DNA from: Anaerolineales bacterium UBA3499
GTDB lineage: Bacteria > Chloroflexota > Anaerolineae > Anaerolineales > UBA11657
NCBI GenBank assembly: GCA_002377585.1
Contig: DFQC01000007.1
Coordinates: 2,706-66,705 of the forward strand
Length of the DNA: 64,000 nucleotides
Direction: 5' to 3'
Numbering within the stretch: the first letter of the stretch is position 1; every line of letters begins with the position of its first letter. Under the pieces are notes generated by a model. It worked only from the letters and a program-made list of their open reading frames with translations. It ran no database searches and had not been told where the DNA came from. Positions 19,224 to 27,964 of the stretch are shown here, piece after piece. Made by a program: the position numbers and the translations under genes.

Positions 19224-19898
19224 GTGAAGATACAGATATATAGTCATAAAACCCCCGAGGATGTATCTGCCAGTGTCGAATTAGGAGTTGATTTCATTGG
19301 CGTTGCTACCGGTGAACTTGGTAGGCTTCCTGACGAAGTGTCTTATTCTATGTGTGGAACTATCTTTTCATCTGTACCGACAGAATCTAATGTTAGCAAG
19401 GTGGCTCTTACAGTGGCTAGCGAGCTTGATGAGATTGTTGAAACAGTGGTTAAGACCAATCCAGATGTAATACATCTTTCAGGTGATATTAGCGCTATGT
19501 CAGTACAAGATGTAGCAGAATTACGGCGTGCAGTACCGGACACAAAAATCATGCAAGCCATTCCAGTAAAGGATGATGCTTCGATTAGTCTATCTTTAGA
19601 ATATCAACTTGTATCTGATTATATTATTTTGGATACTGATATCGAATCATATACTGGTATTGGCGCTACCGGTAGCACACATGATTGGAGTGTAAGTCGT
19701 AAGATTGTAGCTGCCGTAAATATACCTGTAATATTGGCAGGAGGACTAAGTCCAGAAAATGTAGCGGATGCTATTAAGCTTGTTAGACCTTGGTGTGTAG
19801 ATTCGTTTACACACACTAACATGGCTAATTCTAAACTCAAGGACCCTAACAAAATTCATCAGTTCATCAAATCGGCACGAAATTGGTCGCAAACCTAG
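19224..19898 (+). CDS. TrpF-like (PRAI fold) protein B
   Basis: 224 aa, alignable end to end with 15872..16546 (GATGSTHDW, PVILAGGLSPENV, YIILDT). The N-terminus MKIQIYSHK again has Tyr in place of the TrpF Cys. GTG start. Confidence 0.65.
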   Translation: MKIQIYSHKTPEDVSASVELGVDFIGVATGELGRLPDEVSYSMCGTIFSSVPTESNVSKVALTVASELDEIVETVVKTNPDVIHLSGDISAMSVQDVAELRRAVPDTKIMQAIPVKDDASISLSLEYQLVSDYIILDTDIESYTGIGATGSTHDWSVSRKIVAAVNIPVILAGGLSPENVADAIKLVRPWCVDSFTHTNMANSKLKDPNKIHQFIKSARNWSQT

Positions 19899-20866
19899 AG
19901 TCAGGTACGGTAGTTATACTGGGTGATGCCTGTGTAGACATGGTTGTAAAGTCTGACAGGGATTCTACAGGGAAGGAATTAAAAACTAGGCCAGAGCTTA
20001 CTTGTGGAGGATCAGCTGCTAATACAGCAATGATCTTGTCACAATTGGGTGTTTCTGTGGCGTTTGTCGGAGCTGTAGGAAGAGATGCTTTTGGCAATAT
20101 AGTTACTGGAAGTTTGTCGGCATCTGGAGTTGATATCTCTAAGTTGATACAGATTGATAATGCATATACAACTGTTGTCATAGCTGTTGTATATTTTGAT
20201 GGCACACACACTATGAAAGGCTGGCCAGTAGATGGTGGTGCTGACCTAATGCTTGAATCAAGCCACGGTGATATTAGTGTTTTCAATAACCCTATATGGT
20301 TGCATAGTACTGGTTTATCTATTGTAAAGGATCCTGCCAGAGAAACAGTGTTGCGTGCTATGTACTGTGCGCGGAGCGAAGGTGTGCCCGTATCATTTGA
20401 CCTAAACATGCACGGAAGTTTAGGTCACATAGATGGAGTGCTAAAAAGCCAGTATGAGCATGATCTTAGAGAGGCCATCGAATTGTCAGATTGTGTTTTC
20501 GGATCAGCAAGTGACGAGATTGCCTTATTGTATCCAAATGAAAATATGAATCAGGCAGCCAGAGAGCTTGCAGGTATGAACCGTACGGCTATATCTCGGA
20601 GAGGTGAACTTGCAGCAATTTGTGTATCCGGCCGAGAATTAATTGAGTCCAAACCGTTTCAAGTTGACACAGTTGATGCCATTGGTGCAGGAGATGCTTT
20701 CAACGCTGGATTTATAGCAGCGCAGTTGGAAGGTTTGTCTATTGATAGATCTTTGCAGTGGGGACATGCCACCGCGGGTCTAAGTATTAAGACAGTTGGT
20801 TCAGGCGGTAAATTTAATAGGACTGATGTATTAAGGTTTATAGAACAACAATCGAAGTTGGTGTAA
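19883..20866 (+). CDS. PfkB/ribokinase-family kinase K2
   Basis: VVILGDACVDMVV N-terminus and DAIGAGDAFNAG motif. The TTG start overlaps the TrpF-like gene by 16 nt. Confidence 0.8.
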   Translation: MVANLESGTVVILGDACVDMVVKSDRDSTGKELKTRPELTCGGSAANTAMILSQLGVSVAFVGAVGRDAFGNIVTGSLSASGVDISKLIQIDNAYTTVVIAVVYFDGTHTMKGWPVDGGADLMLESSHGDISVFNNPIWLHSTGLSIVKDPARETVLRAMYCARSEGVPVSFDLNMHGSLGHIDGVLKSQYEHDLREAIELSDCVFGSASDEIALLYPNENMNQAARELAGMNRTAISRRGELAAICVSGRELIESKPFQVDTVDAIGAGDAFNAGFIAAQLEGLSIDRSLQWGHATAGLSIKTVGSGGKFNRTDVLRFIEQQSKLV

Positions 20867-20877
20867 GGACATTAATC

Positions 20878-21858
20878 ATGAATTTATCTAATAAACAATC
20901 TATACCAGTCATTGATTTAACTCCGCTTTATTGGGGCGATTCACAGGCTATGGATACTCTAGTACAGCAAGTATATGATGCATACTCCGAAATTGGGTTT
21001 GCCTATATAACTAATCATGGAATTGCCAATGATCTCATTGACAACGTGTTCAATGCTTCTCGTCAGTTCCATGCCTTGAATACTGAAGAAAAGTTGCGAA
21101 TTGAAATTAACCAATTTCATCGTGGATACATACCTATTAATACTTCTACTGATAGAACGAGCGAGATAGAAAAAGCTGTGAGGCCAAATCAGAGCGAATC
21201 CTTTATGATGCTGCATGAATTAGCGCATGATGACCCTGATCTGCTACAGAGGGCTCCACTTGCTGGTCCCAATCAATGGCCATCTGATATTGAAGGATTT
21301 AAGGAAATAATTACAGGTTATCATGATAGACTAGCAGGGTTATCACATAAGCTAGTAAAGGTGTTTGAGTTGGCTCTCAATACTGATAGTCTGTCTCAGC
21401 ATTTTGTCAAACCTACCACTTGGTTACGTTTGTTGCATTATCCATCGTTAAGTATGGAAGACCCCGAAGATCTTTTTGGTTCTAATCCACATGTTGACTA
21501 TGGATTTATAACAATATTGGCGCAGGATGAGGTCGGTGGGCTACAGGTTAGGAGTGTTACTGGTGACTGGATCGATGTACCTTACAGAAAGGATTGTTTT
21601 GTCATGAATACGGGTGAGGTTCTACGCCATTGGAGTAATGGTAAGCTTTTGGCTACACCTCATAGAGTGGTAAACAGAACAGGTAAGGAAAGGTATTCGT
21701 GCCCATTTTTCTTTGACCCCAATATTCATTCCCGTATTAGTACGTTGACTAGCTGTATGGATACAGGGGAACAGAGCAAATATGCAGACTCCGTTTTTGG
21801 TGATATGGTGATGAATCATTTACAATCAAATCATGATCAACATGATAAAAATAAGTGA
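20878..21858 (+). CDS. 2-oxoglutarate/Fe(II)-dependent oxygenase (IPNS-like family)
   Basis: The H-x-D...H facial triad is present in context (NPHVDYGFITILAQD ... TPHRVVN). The N-terminus shows the non-haem dioxygenase region. Confidence 0.75.
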   Translation: MNLSNKQSIPVIDLTPLYWGDSQAMDTLVQQVYDAYSEIGFAYITNHGIANDLIDNVFNASRQFHALNTEEKLRIEINQFHRGYIPINTSTDRTSEIEKAVRPNQSESFMMLHELAHDDPDLLQRAPLAGPNQWPSDIEGFKEIITGYHDRLAGLSHKLVKVFELALNTDSLSQHFVKPTTWLRLLHYPSLSMEDPEDLFGSNPHVDYGFITILAQDEVGGLQVRSVTGDWIDVPYRKDCFVMNTGEVLRHWSNGKLLATPHRVVNRTGKERYSCPFFFDPNIHSRISTLTSCMDTGEQSKYADSVFGDMVMNHLQSNHDQHDKNK

Positions 21859-21903
21859 AACAATTATCTGTTCACAAGCATCTTGTGGAATCAACGTTGT
21901 TGC

Positions 21904-23022
21904 ATGAAAACTGACCGTATTACTAGTACGTTGGTCGAGCTTTGTGAGATTCCAAGCCCATCTGGATGTGAACGTCATGTTGCTGATTATATACTCTCAC
22001 GCATTAGCGCTCTTGGTTTAGATGCAGTAGAGGATAATGCAGGCGATAATCTTAATGGTGATACAGGTAATATTATCGTTAGAGTGGATGGCAACAGTTC
22101 GTCTTCATTGTTGTTGACTGCTCATATGGACACAGTGATGCCGGTAGGTGGTTTGCCAGATCGAATTAACGTAAATATTACTGATGGCATAGTACATACT
22201 GATCAGAATTCTATTCTGGGTGCAGACGATAAAGCCGGGATTGCCATTGCATTAGAATTGCTACATCATATAGTGGAAACTTCAGACTATATTCATTCAC
22301 TCGAAATAGTTTTTACAGTACAAGAAGAGATAGGTGCAAGAGGTGCGGCATATCTGAATAAAGAGTCTATAAGATCTAAACAGGGTTTTGTGCTTGATGG
22401 AGATACGCCAGTTGGCACAGTGATTGTGAGCGCTCCTCACAAACTCCGATATGATTTAGTGGTTAGGGGTACAGCGGCCCATGCTGCTTTGGAACCAGAA
22501 AAAGGCATTAATGCCATTAAGGCTATGAGTGCAATCGTAGCAGAATTACCTTGTGGCAAAATTGATAGCAAGACAGTAACTAATTATGGAATCGTGAAAG
22601 GTGGGAACGCGACAAATGTAATTCCTGATAGAGTAGAGTTAATTGGAGAACTTAGGGGACATGATTTAGAGAAAGTTCAGTATGTACAAAAACAAATTGA
22701 TGAGACGCCCTCCCGAGTTCTTGCGTGTAGCGGGGCATCTGCTGAGATTGTTTGGACAGATCTTTATCCAGGTTACAGTGTTTCATTGGATGAATTGTGT
22801 ATTAGGTATTTTGCTTCAGCATGTAAAAAATTTGATGTGCAAGTGGATTACATTACGACTGACGGAGGAGGAGATGCCAATCCACTAAATGGCTCAGGTA
22901 TTATTTGTGTTCCTTTTGGTTTAGGTATGAAGGCAATACATACCAATCAAGAAAACATAAAGCTTGCAGATTTGTACGATGCTTTTAATCTACTGCTAGA
23001 ATGTGTCAGTATAAAATCATAA
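21904..23022 (+). CDS. M20-family metallohydrolase (PepT/acylase-like)
   Basis: LLLTAHMDTV, GADDKAGIA and FTVQEEIG motifs. I prefer the ATG at 21904 over the track's TTG at 21883. Confidence 0.7.
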   Translation: MKTDRITSTLVELCEIPSPSGCERHVADYILSRISALGLDAVEDNAGDNLNGDTGNIIVRVDGNSSSSLLLTAHMDTVMPVGGLPDRINVNITDGIVHTDQNSILGADDKAGIAIALELLHHIVETSDYIHSLEIVFTVQEEIGARGAAYLNKESIRSKQGFVLDGDTPVGTVIVSAPHKLRYDLVVRGTAAHAALEPEKGINAIKAMSAIVAELPCGKIDSKTVTNYGIVKGGNATNVIPDRVELIGELRGHDLEKVQYVQKQIDETPSRVLACSGASAEIVWTDLYPGYSVSLDELCIRYFASACKKFDVQVDYITTDGGGDANPLNGSGIICVPFGLGMKAIHTNQENIKLADLYDAFNLLLECVSIKS

Positions 23023-23386
23023 ACTTGCTCACCCATTAATATTTTAGTGTGTAAATAACCCGTCAGTATAAACGTTATTAATTGGCTTTAGTCAAATCAC
23101 CGTTAATTTTGAGTGGAAGGGTTCTGGTCTTTGTGATAAAATGTGAATGCTATCGCGCTGTTCAAATTTAGTTTTCATAGATTAAATTCGGCATGCGCGT
23201 CTAATTCTTCGAGGAGGTGCTAGGACTATAAGCCAATAGGAAAAAAAAGGGTTTACTAAAGATGGAGATAACTAACTTGTTAGTTATTAATGATTTTTTA
23301 GAGTTTAAATGGGGGAACGTGGTAAGAAGTAACTGTGAAGCAAATATGTAAAACACTGTCAAAAGTATTACATGAGGAGAATAGTT

Positions 23387-24796
23387 ATGAAACTTCGTTA
23401 TATAGTATCAGGCTTGATTATGGCCTCCCTTCTCTTGGGCGCTTGTCAACCTGAGGTAGTAGAAGTGATCAAAGAGGTTCCAGTTGAGAAGATCGTCGAA
23501 GTTGAGAAGATCGTTGAAGTTGATTCTTCAGCAGTGTCTCTCGATGCCGATCCCGACAAGAACCCTGTCACTTTGAAGTTCCTCGCTCTTTCTGATGATG
23601 ATCAGTTGAATGCATGGAGAGAGCAGTTAGGTGAGTTCCAGAAGATAGATGGTGGAAAATGGTCCTATGTTGATCTCGAATTTGAGACCATTCCATTCCG
23701 TGAGCTTTTCCCCAAGATTGAGGCTTCTGTTGCAGCTGGCTTGCCTTGGGACTTGTATCAGGCTGATGGTCCTGACATGAAGCATTATGGCTTCAATCGC
23801 GTTATCTATGATATGAACGACCTATTTACGGCTGATGAGAAAGCACAATGGTTCCCACAGTCTATAGAAGAAGGTAGCTTCCGTGGCCGACTTTTGGGAC
23901 CACCGATCCTACAATCTTGTTCTTTGCTTATGTACAACAAGGATATGACCGATGCCGCTGGTATTAATCCACCTGCAGCTTTGGCCGATTCTTGGACGAT
24001 GGATGAAGCAATGGACGCATGGGTAAAAACAACTTTAGATAATGATGGTGACGGCGTACCTGATCAGTGGGGTGTACGTTGGGGTCAAGGTACCTGGACT
24101 GGTGATTATGAGCATGGTATCTTCAGACGTTCTAATGGCGTCAAAGGTAGTGATGCTTGGAAAGGTATGGGCGACGATGGTGTAACATTCAGGGGTTATG
24201 TAGATGCTCCAGAATCTATCGAAGCACATCAGTTCTATCAGGACATGCATCAGAAACAGAAAGTTACTCCAGTAGAGTCAATTCCTGAGATCTTTGAGAG
24301 TCGTATTTCGGCCTTCATGGTAACACCTGATAACCGAATTGGTGCTCTTAACAGAATTCACGGTGAAGGTAACTTCAACTGGGGTGTAACTGGTATTCCA
24401 TACTTCAAGACCCAGGTTTGTCACACTGGTAGTTGGCACTATGGAATTTCCCCGAACACACAAAATCTTGCAGAGGCTGTAGCCTTCGTCAAATATGCTT
24501 CATCTGATGACGGAGCTCGAATCTTCTACAAGTACGTGAGACAGTTGCCTGCTAACATAGGCCTGTTCAACGAGCTTCCAGAGTATGCTGAAGGTGGAAG
24601 CCAGAGACTGTGGCTAGACGCCATGAATGACTTTGGTATACCTCGTATCGGTACTCCGGGATACACAGAGTATCACCAGATGTATGCAGAAGCCCTGGGT
24701 AACATTCAACAGGGTGGCGATCCAGCAGAATTGTTGGGCGCAGCTGCCGGTAGGATAGAAGGATTGACAGCCAAATACACTGGTTGGAACAACTAA
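23387..24796 (+). CDS. ABC transporter substrate-binding lipoprotein (CUT1 / solute-binding family 1)
   Basis: Lipobox ...LLLGAC, then a low-complexity linker with the duplicated EKIVEV. It has the size and W/Y-rich pattern of sugar-type binding proteins. The ATG at 23387 has a GAGGAG Shine-Dalgarno sequence, which the track start at 23372 lacks. Confidence 0.75.
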   Translation: MKLRYIVSGLIMASLLLGACQPEVVEVIKEVPVEKIVEVEKIVEVDSSAVSLDADPDKNPVTLKFLALSDDDQLNAWREQLGEFQKIDGGKWSYVDLEFETIPFRELFPKIEASVAAGLPWDLYQADGPDMKHYGFNRVIYDMNDLFTADEKAQWFPQSIEEGSFRGRLLGPPILQSCSLLMYNKDMTDAAGINPPAALADSWTMDEAMDAWVKTTLDNDGDGVPDQWGVRWGQGTWTGDYEHGIFRRSNGVKGSDAWKGMGDDGVTFRGYVDAPESIEAHQFYQDMHQKQKVTPVESIPEIFESRISAFMVTPDNRIGALNRIHGEGNFNWGVTGIPYFKTQVCHTGSWHYGISPNTQNLAEAVAFVKYASSDDGARIFYKYVRQLPANIGLFNELPEYAEGGSQRLWLDAMNDFGIPRIGTPGYTEYHQMYAEALGNIQQGGDPAELLGAAAGRIEGLTAKYTGWNN

Positions 24797-24835
24797 TAGA
24801 GGGGTAGCAGCTAACTAATAATTGCTACTTGTTGT

Positions 24836-24872
24836 GAAAGAAGGCACGGATTATTTGTCCGTGCCTTCTTTC
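24836..24872 (+). terminator. Strong intra-operon hairpin (attenuator/terminator) after the binding-protein gene
   Basis: A perfect 15-bp stem gaaagaaggcacgga/tccgtgccttctttc with the 7-nt loop ttatttg. It lies in the 231-bp gap before the permease genes. Confidence 0.6.
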
Positions 24873-25027
24873 AAACTCTCAATCTGTGTTGAGGTATTTT
24901 TTATCAACAGTTTCAAGCACATATGGTATTTTAGTCGGCCAATTTTTCAAAAGAGGTGGAGCAGTTCTCAAAACTGTTTCAGTATGTTTACTGGATTTCA
25001 AGAACTTATATAGAAAAGAATTAGACA

Positions 25028-25960
25028 ATGACTACAGTTCCTATATCATCTACAGATCAATCCTCGTCATTCCTAGCTAAATTGTGGAGTCCGAGAAACC
25101 GTTATTATTTCATAGCATTCTTATTTATTCTGCCAGCTCTTATAAACTTTTCCATTTTCAGGTATTTGCCAATCTTTGCTGCTGCTAGAGCTAGTTTGTG
25201 GCAGTATAGTTTGTTGGGCGGCTACAGGGATTTTATTGGTTTGCAGCACTACCAATTCATGATGGAGGATATTTATTTTTGGAAATCCATGAAGGTGACA
25301 GCTTTGTTTGTTCTCATGAAGGTGCCAATTCAGGTGTTGCTTTCACTTATGTTCGCAGTATTGCTTCAAAAGGAGACGCGGTCTAGTGCAGTAGTGAGAT
25401 CAGCAATATTTACTCCAGTGGTCACATCAGTTGTGGTAGTGTCGATTATCTGGGCTATGATGTATCATTCGCAACTCGGCTTGATCAATAGTGTGTTGTC
25501 TGCTTTTGGAATACCAAGACAGGTGTTTTTGTCAGATGCTGATAGAGCATTACCAGCTATGACTGCTATGATGATATGGAAAGATCTTGGGTTTAGCATG
25601 ATCATTATTATGGCTGGTTTGAAAGGTATACCAGTGGTGTATCGGGAAGCAGCTATTGTAGATGGCGCTAAACCTTGGCAAATTATGCGTTATATTACTT
25701 TGCCCTTGTTGCAGCGGGTCTTGATGTTCGTAGTAGTTACACAAACCATCTTTTCGTTTCAGAATTTTGTCCCTGTCTATGTCATGACGAAAGGTGGTCC
25801 CATGGATTCAACCAAGGTGATAGTGTATTACATCTATCAATACGGTTTTCTTTTCCAGGATATGGGCTACGCTAGCGCCATGTCGGTAGTGACTTTGCTG
25901 GTGTTATTGGTTGTCAGCATGATACAGATGAGGTTGTTTAGGACAGATGTTGAGTATTAA
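25028..25960 (+). CDS. ABC sugar-type permease (MalF/UgpA-like)
   Basis: Six hydrophobic helices and an EAA-like loop (REAAIVDGAKPWQIMRYITLP). Confidence 0.8.
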   Translation: MTTVPISSTDQSSSFLAKLWSPRNRYYFIAFLFILPALINFSIFRYLPIFAAARASLWQYSLLGGYRDFIGLQHYQFMMEDIYFWKSMKVTALFVLMKVPIQVLLSLMFAVLLQKETRSSAVVRSAIFTPVVTSVVVVSIIWAMMYHSQLGLINSVLSAFGIPRQVFLSDADRALPAMTAMMIWKDLGFSMIIIMAGLKGIPVVYREAAIVDGAKPWQIMRYITLPLLQRVLMFVVVTQTIFSFQNFVPVYVMTKGGPMDSTKVIVYYIYQYGFLFQDMGYASAMSVVTLLVLLVVSMIQMRLFRTDVEY

Positions 25961-25995
25961 TCCGATGAAAATTTTATTAATGGTCAAGTGATAAT

Positions 25996-26913
25996 ATGGA
26001 AACTGTGAATACAAGTACTGGTGTTTTAGGTGAAAGGTCTCCAAGTCAAACCCTAAAAAAATTAGGGTTGTGGTTAGGTGAGAACTTTCTATACTTAATA
26101 ATTATCGTTATATTTGTTGCTCCTTTAGTTTGGATGGTGTTGGGCAGCTTAAGGGAAGAAAAAGAAATATTCGCTAATCTGTATCCATTCACTATTCATA
26201 CTTTTCTACCAATCCAATGGACCCTGGATACATACCTAGATATGTTTGGAATCAGTGAAATAGGGATTATGTATGGACTGCATTTTCACCGATTTATGGC
26301 CAATAGTTTGTTTGTTTCAGTTGCGGTGGTTTCTTGTTCACTTGTGTTCAATACAATGGGTGCCTATTTCTTTGCGCGGTTGGATTTTCCTTTCAAGAAC
26401 TTTCTGCTGATATTTGTTGTGGCGACTATGTTGATTCCGTTTCAGGCCACAATAGTACCTTTGTACATAGTTGTGTCAAAATTAGGCATGCGTGATTCTT
26501 TCTGGGGATTGATAATACCTTGGTTTGCCAGTCCATTTGTTATATTCGCTTTGGCTCAATTCATCAAGGAAATACCCAAAGAGCTCGATGAGGCAGCGAC
26601 AATAGATGGAGCTTCACTTTGGGGTATTCTCTGGAATGTAATTCTTCCCAATGCTATACCTGGAATTATTACTATGGCTTTGCTTGAATTTCAGTTTATA
26701 TGGAATCTTTTCTACTGGCCTCTGATCGTGATAAACAGTCCCGATTTACAGATGATACAGGTTGCTATAGCAAATCAAACTACACAAACTCAGATTTTCT
26801 GGGGACGTACGTTTGCGGGCAGTACTTTAGCCTCGTTGCCTGTGATTATAGTCTTTTTAGCACTCCAAAAGTGGTACATACAAGGCGTGGCGACGACAGG
26901 ATTAAAGGGATAA
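25996..26913 (+). CDS. ABC sugar-type permease (MalG/UgpE-like)
   Basis: EAA loop LDEAATIDGASLWGILWNVILP and a multi-helix profile. No cognate ATPase gene follows. Confidence 0.8.
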   Translation: METVNTSTGVLGERSPSQTLKKLGLWLGENFLYLIIIVIFVAPLVWMVLGSLREEKEIFANLYPFTIHTFLPIQWTLDTYLDMFGISEIGIMYGLHFHRFMANSLFVSVAVVSCSLVFNTMGAYFFARLDFPFKNFLLIFVVATMLIPFQATIVPLYIVVSKLGMRDSFWGLIIPWFASPFVIFALAQFIKEIPKELDEAATIDGASLWGILWNVILPNAIPGIITMALLEFQFIWNLFYWPLIVINSPDLQMIQVAIANQTTQTQIFWGRTFAGSTLASLPVIIVFLALQKWYIQGVATTGLKG

Positions 26914-27019
26914 GCACAGGCGCGGACTAACTGTTTGTTTTGGTATTGCAATAAGCAAAACACTGGGTGCAGATACCTGAAAGGCTCAAAATATATTGGA
27001 TCCGAAAATACTATAGGTT

Positions 27020-27964
27020 ATGGAATCTCATAAACTTATCCTCGACACTGATCCAGGTGTTGATGATTCAATGGCTATTGCTTTAATAGCAAATTCTCCT
27101 GAAATTACTTTGCATTCAGTCACTACTATTTTTGGTAATGGACCTGTATCTTTGTCTACTGAAAATGCGTTAAGAGTCTTAGATATAGTTGGTCTTAGTC
27201 ATATCGAGGTGTTTGAAGGTGCTAACAAACCTCTACTTCGAGAGTTTGGTGGCGAAGGTGCCAGAGTGCATGGTAGTGATGGTTTGGGCGAGACTTTTAT
27301 GCCTCCTTCCCCCCGAAGTGCTGGCTCTGAATTTGCAGCAATTCACATCGTAAATTCAATTATGTCTCATCCCGGTCAGATTACGCTTGCAGCGATTGGT
27401 CCTTTAACCAATTTGGGATTAGCACTATCGATCGAACCACGAATAGCCGAGAATGTAAAAGAAGTGGTTATTATGGGTGGGGCAGTAGATGTGCCTGGTA
27501 ATGCATCACCATTGGCAGAAGCTAATATTCATAATGATCCCGAGGCAGCTAGTCTGGTGTTTGGTGCAGATTGGCATCTTACAGTTGTTGGTCTTGACGT
27601 TACTACACAAGTGCTGATGGATGCTAAGTATCTAGCGTCTCTTGCTAAAAGCCAAACACCCACTACTGATATGATTGCGGCGATTACTCCGCATTATTTG
27701 GATTTCCACAAGAAGTATAGGAATGAGACTACTATGCCAGTACATGATTCATCAGCTATAGCATATTTGGTCAAACCGGATTTGTTTTTAACGAAGAAAT
27801 TGTATGTTGATGTTATTAAAGGGGAACATCCTTGCAGTGGTCAGACAGTTGCTGATTGGAAAAATCATTGGGGCAGAGAACCCAAAACAAATGTTTGTCT
27901 AGGTGTGAATGCAGACGAAATGTTAGCCATGTATATAAAACGAGTGGGAGGAAGCAAGAGATGA
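27020..27964 (+). CDS. Nucleoside hydrolase NH3 (IUNH family)
   Basis: [19 protein letters not shown], and [10 protein letters not shown] with the catalytic His present. Confidence 0.85.
   Translation: MESHKLILDTDPGVDDSMAIALIANSPEITLHSVTTIFGNGPVSLSTENALRVLDIVGLSHIEVFEGANKPLLREFGGEGARVHGSDGLGETFMPPSPRSAGSEFAAIHIVNSIMSHPGQITLAAIGPLTNLGLALSIEPRIAENVKEVVIMGGAVDVPGNASPLAEANIHNDPEAASLVFGADWHLTVVGLDVTTQVLMDAKYLASLAKSQTPTTDMIAAITPHYLDFHKKYRNETTMPVHDSSAIAYLVKPDLFLTKKLYVDVIKGEHPCSGQTVADWKNHWGREPKTNVCLGVNADEMLAMYIKRVGGSKR

Noticed and set aside
15872-19898. Calling the two TrpF-like ORFs trpF (tryptophan biosynthesis)
   Set aside because: No other trp genes are in the window. Both are coupled to PfkB kinases and nucleoside hydrolases, and the catalytic Cys position is Tyr.
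19867-20409. 180-aa antisense ORF, plus similar long shadow ORFs at 13630..14052, 30205..30594, 31754..32155, 33043..33450 and 46473..46904
   Set aside because: Each lies fully inside, and antisense to, a gene with clear family motifs (PfkB, NH, M20, SIS). They have low-complexity Ser/Pro/Thr-rich translations and no Shine-Dalgarno sequence. They are typical frame shadows.
23211-23240. A strong Shine-Dalgarno-like GAGGAGGTG as the start of a small peptide gene
   Set aside because: The only in-frame start (GTG) gives a 4-codon ORF, and no conservation evidence is available. It is kept only as part of the long-leader observation.
23483-23518. Tandem 18-nt repeat (gttgagaagatcgtcgaa x2) as a possible repeat array or CRISPR
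   Set aside because: There are only two copies, in frame inside the binding-protein linker (EKIVEV EKIVEV). No spacers or further repeats exist, and nothing CRISPR-like appears elsewhere in the window.
24822-25080. Two small ORFs (63 and 64 aa) in the gap between the binding-protein and permease genes
   Set aside because: They span the 15-bp hairpin, overlap each other and the permease start, and lack a Shine-Dalgarno sequence and any recognisable motif.
27856-27960. The 35-aa N-terminal extension of the ARH ORF given by the track
   Set aside because: It overlaps the NH3 C-terminus in another frame and is Cys/Arg-rich junk. The ATG at 27961 gives a typical ARH N-terminus and an ATGA coupling.
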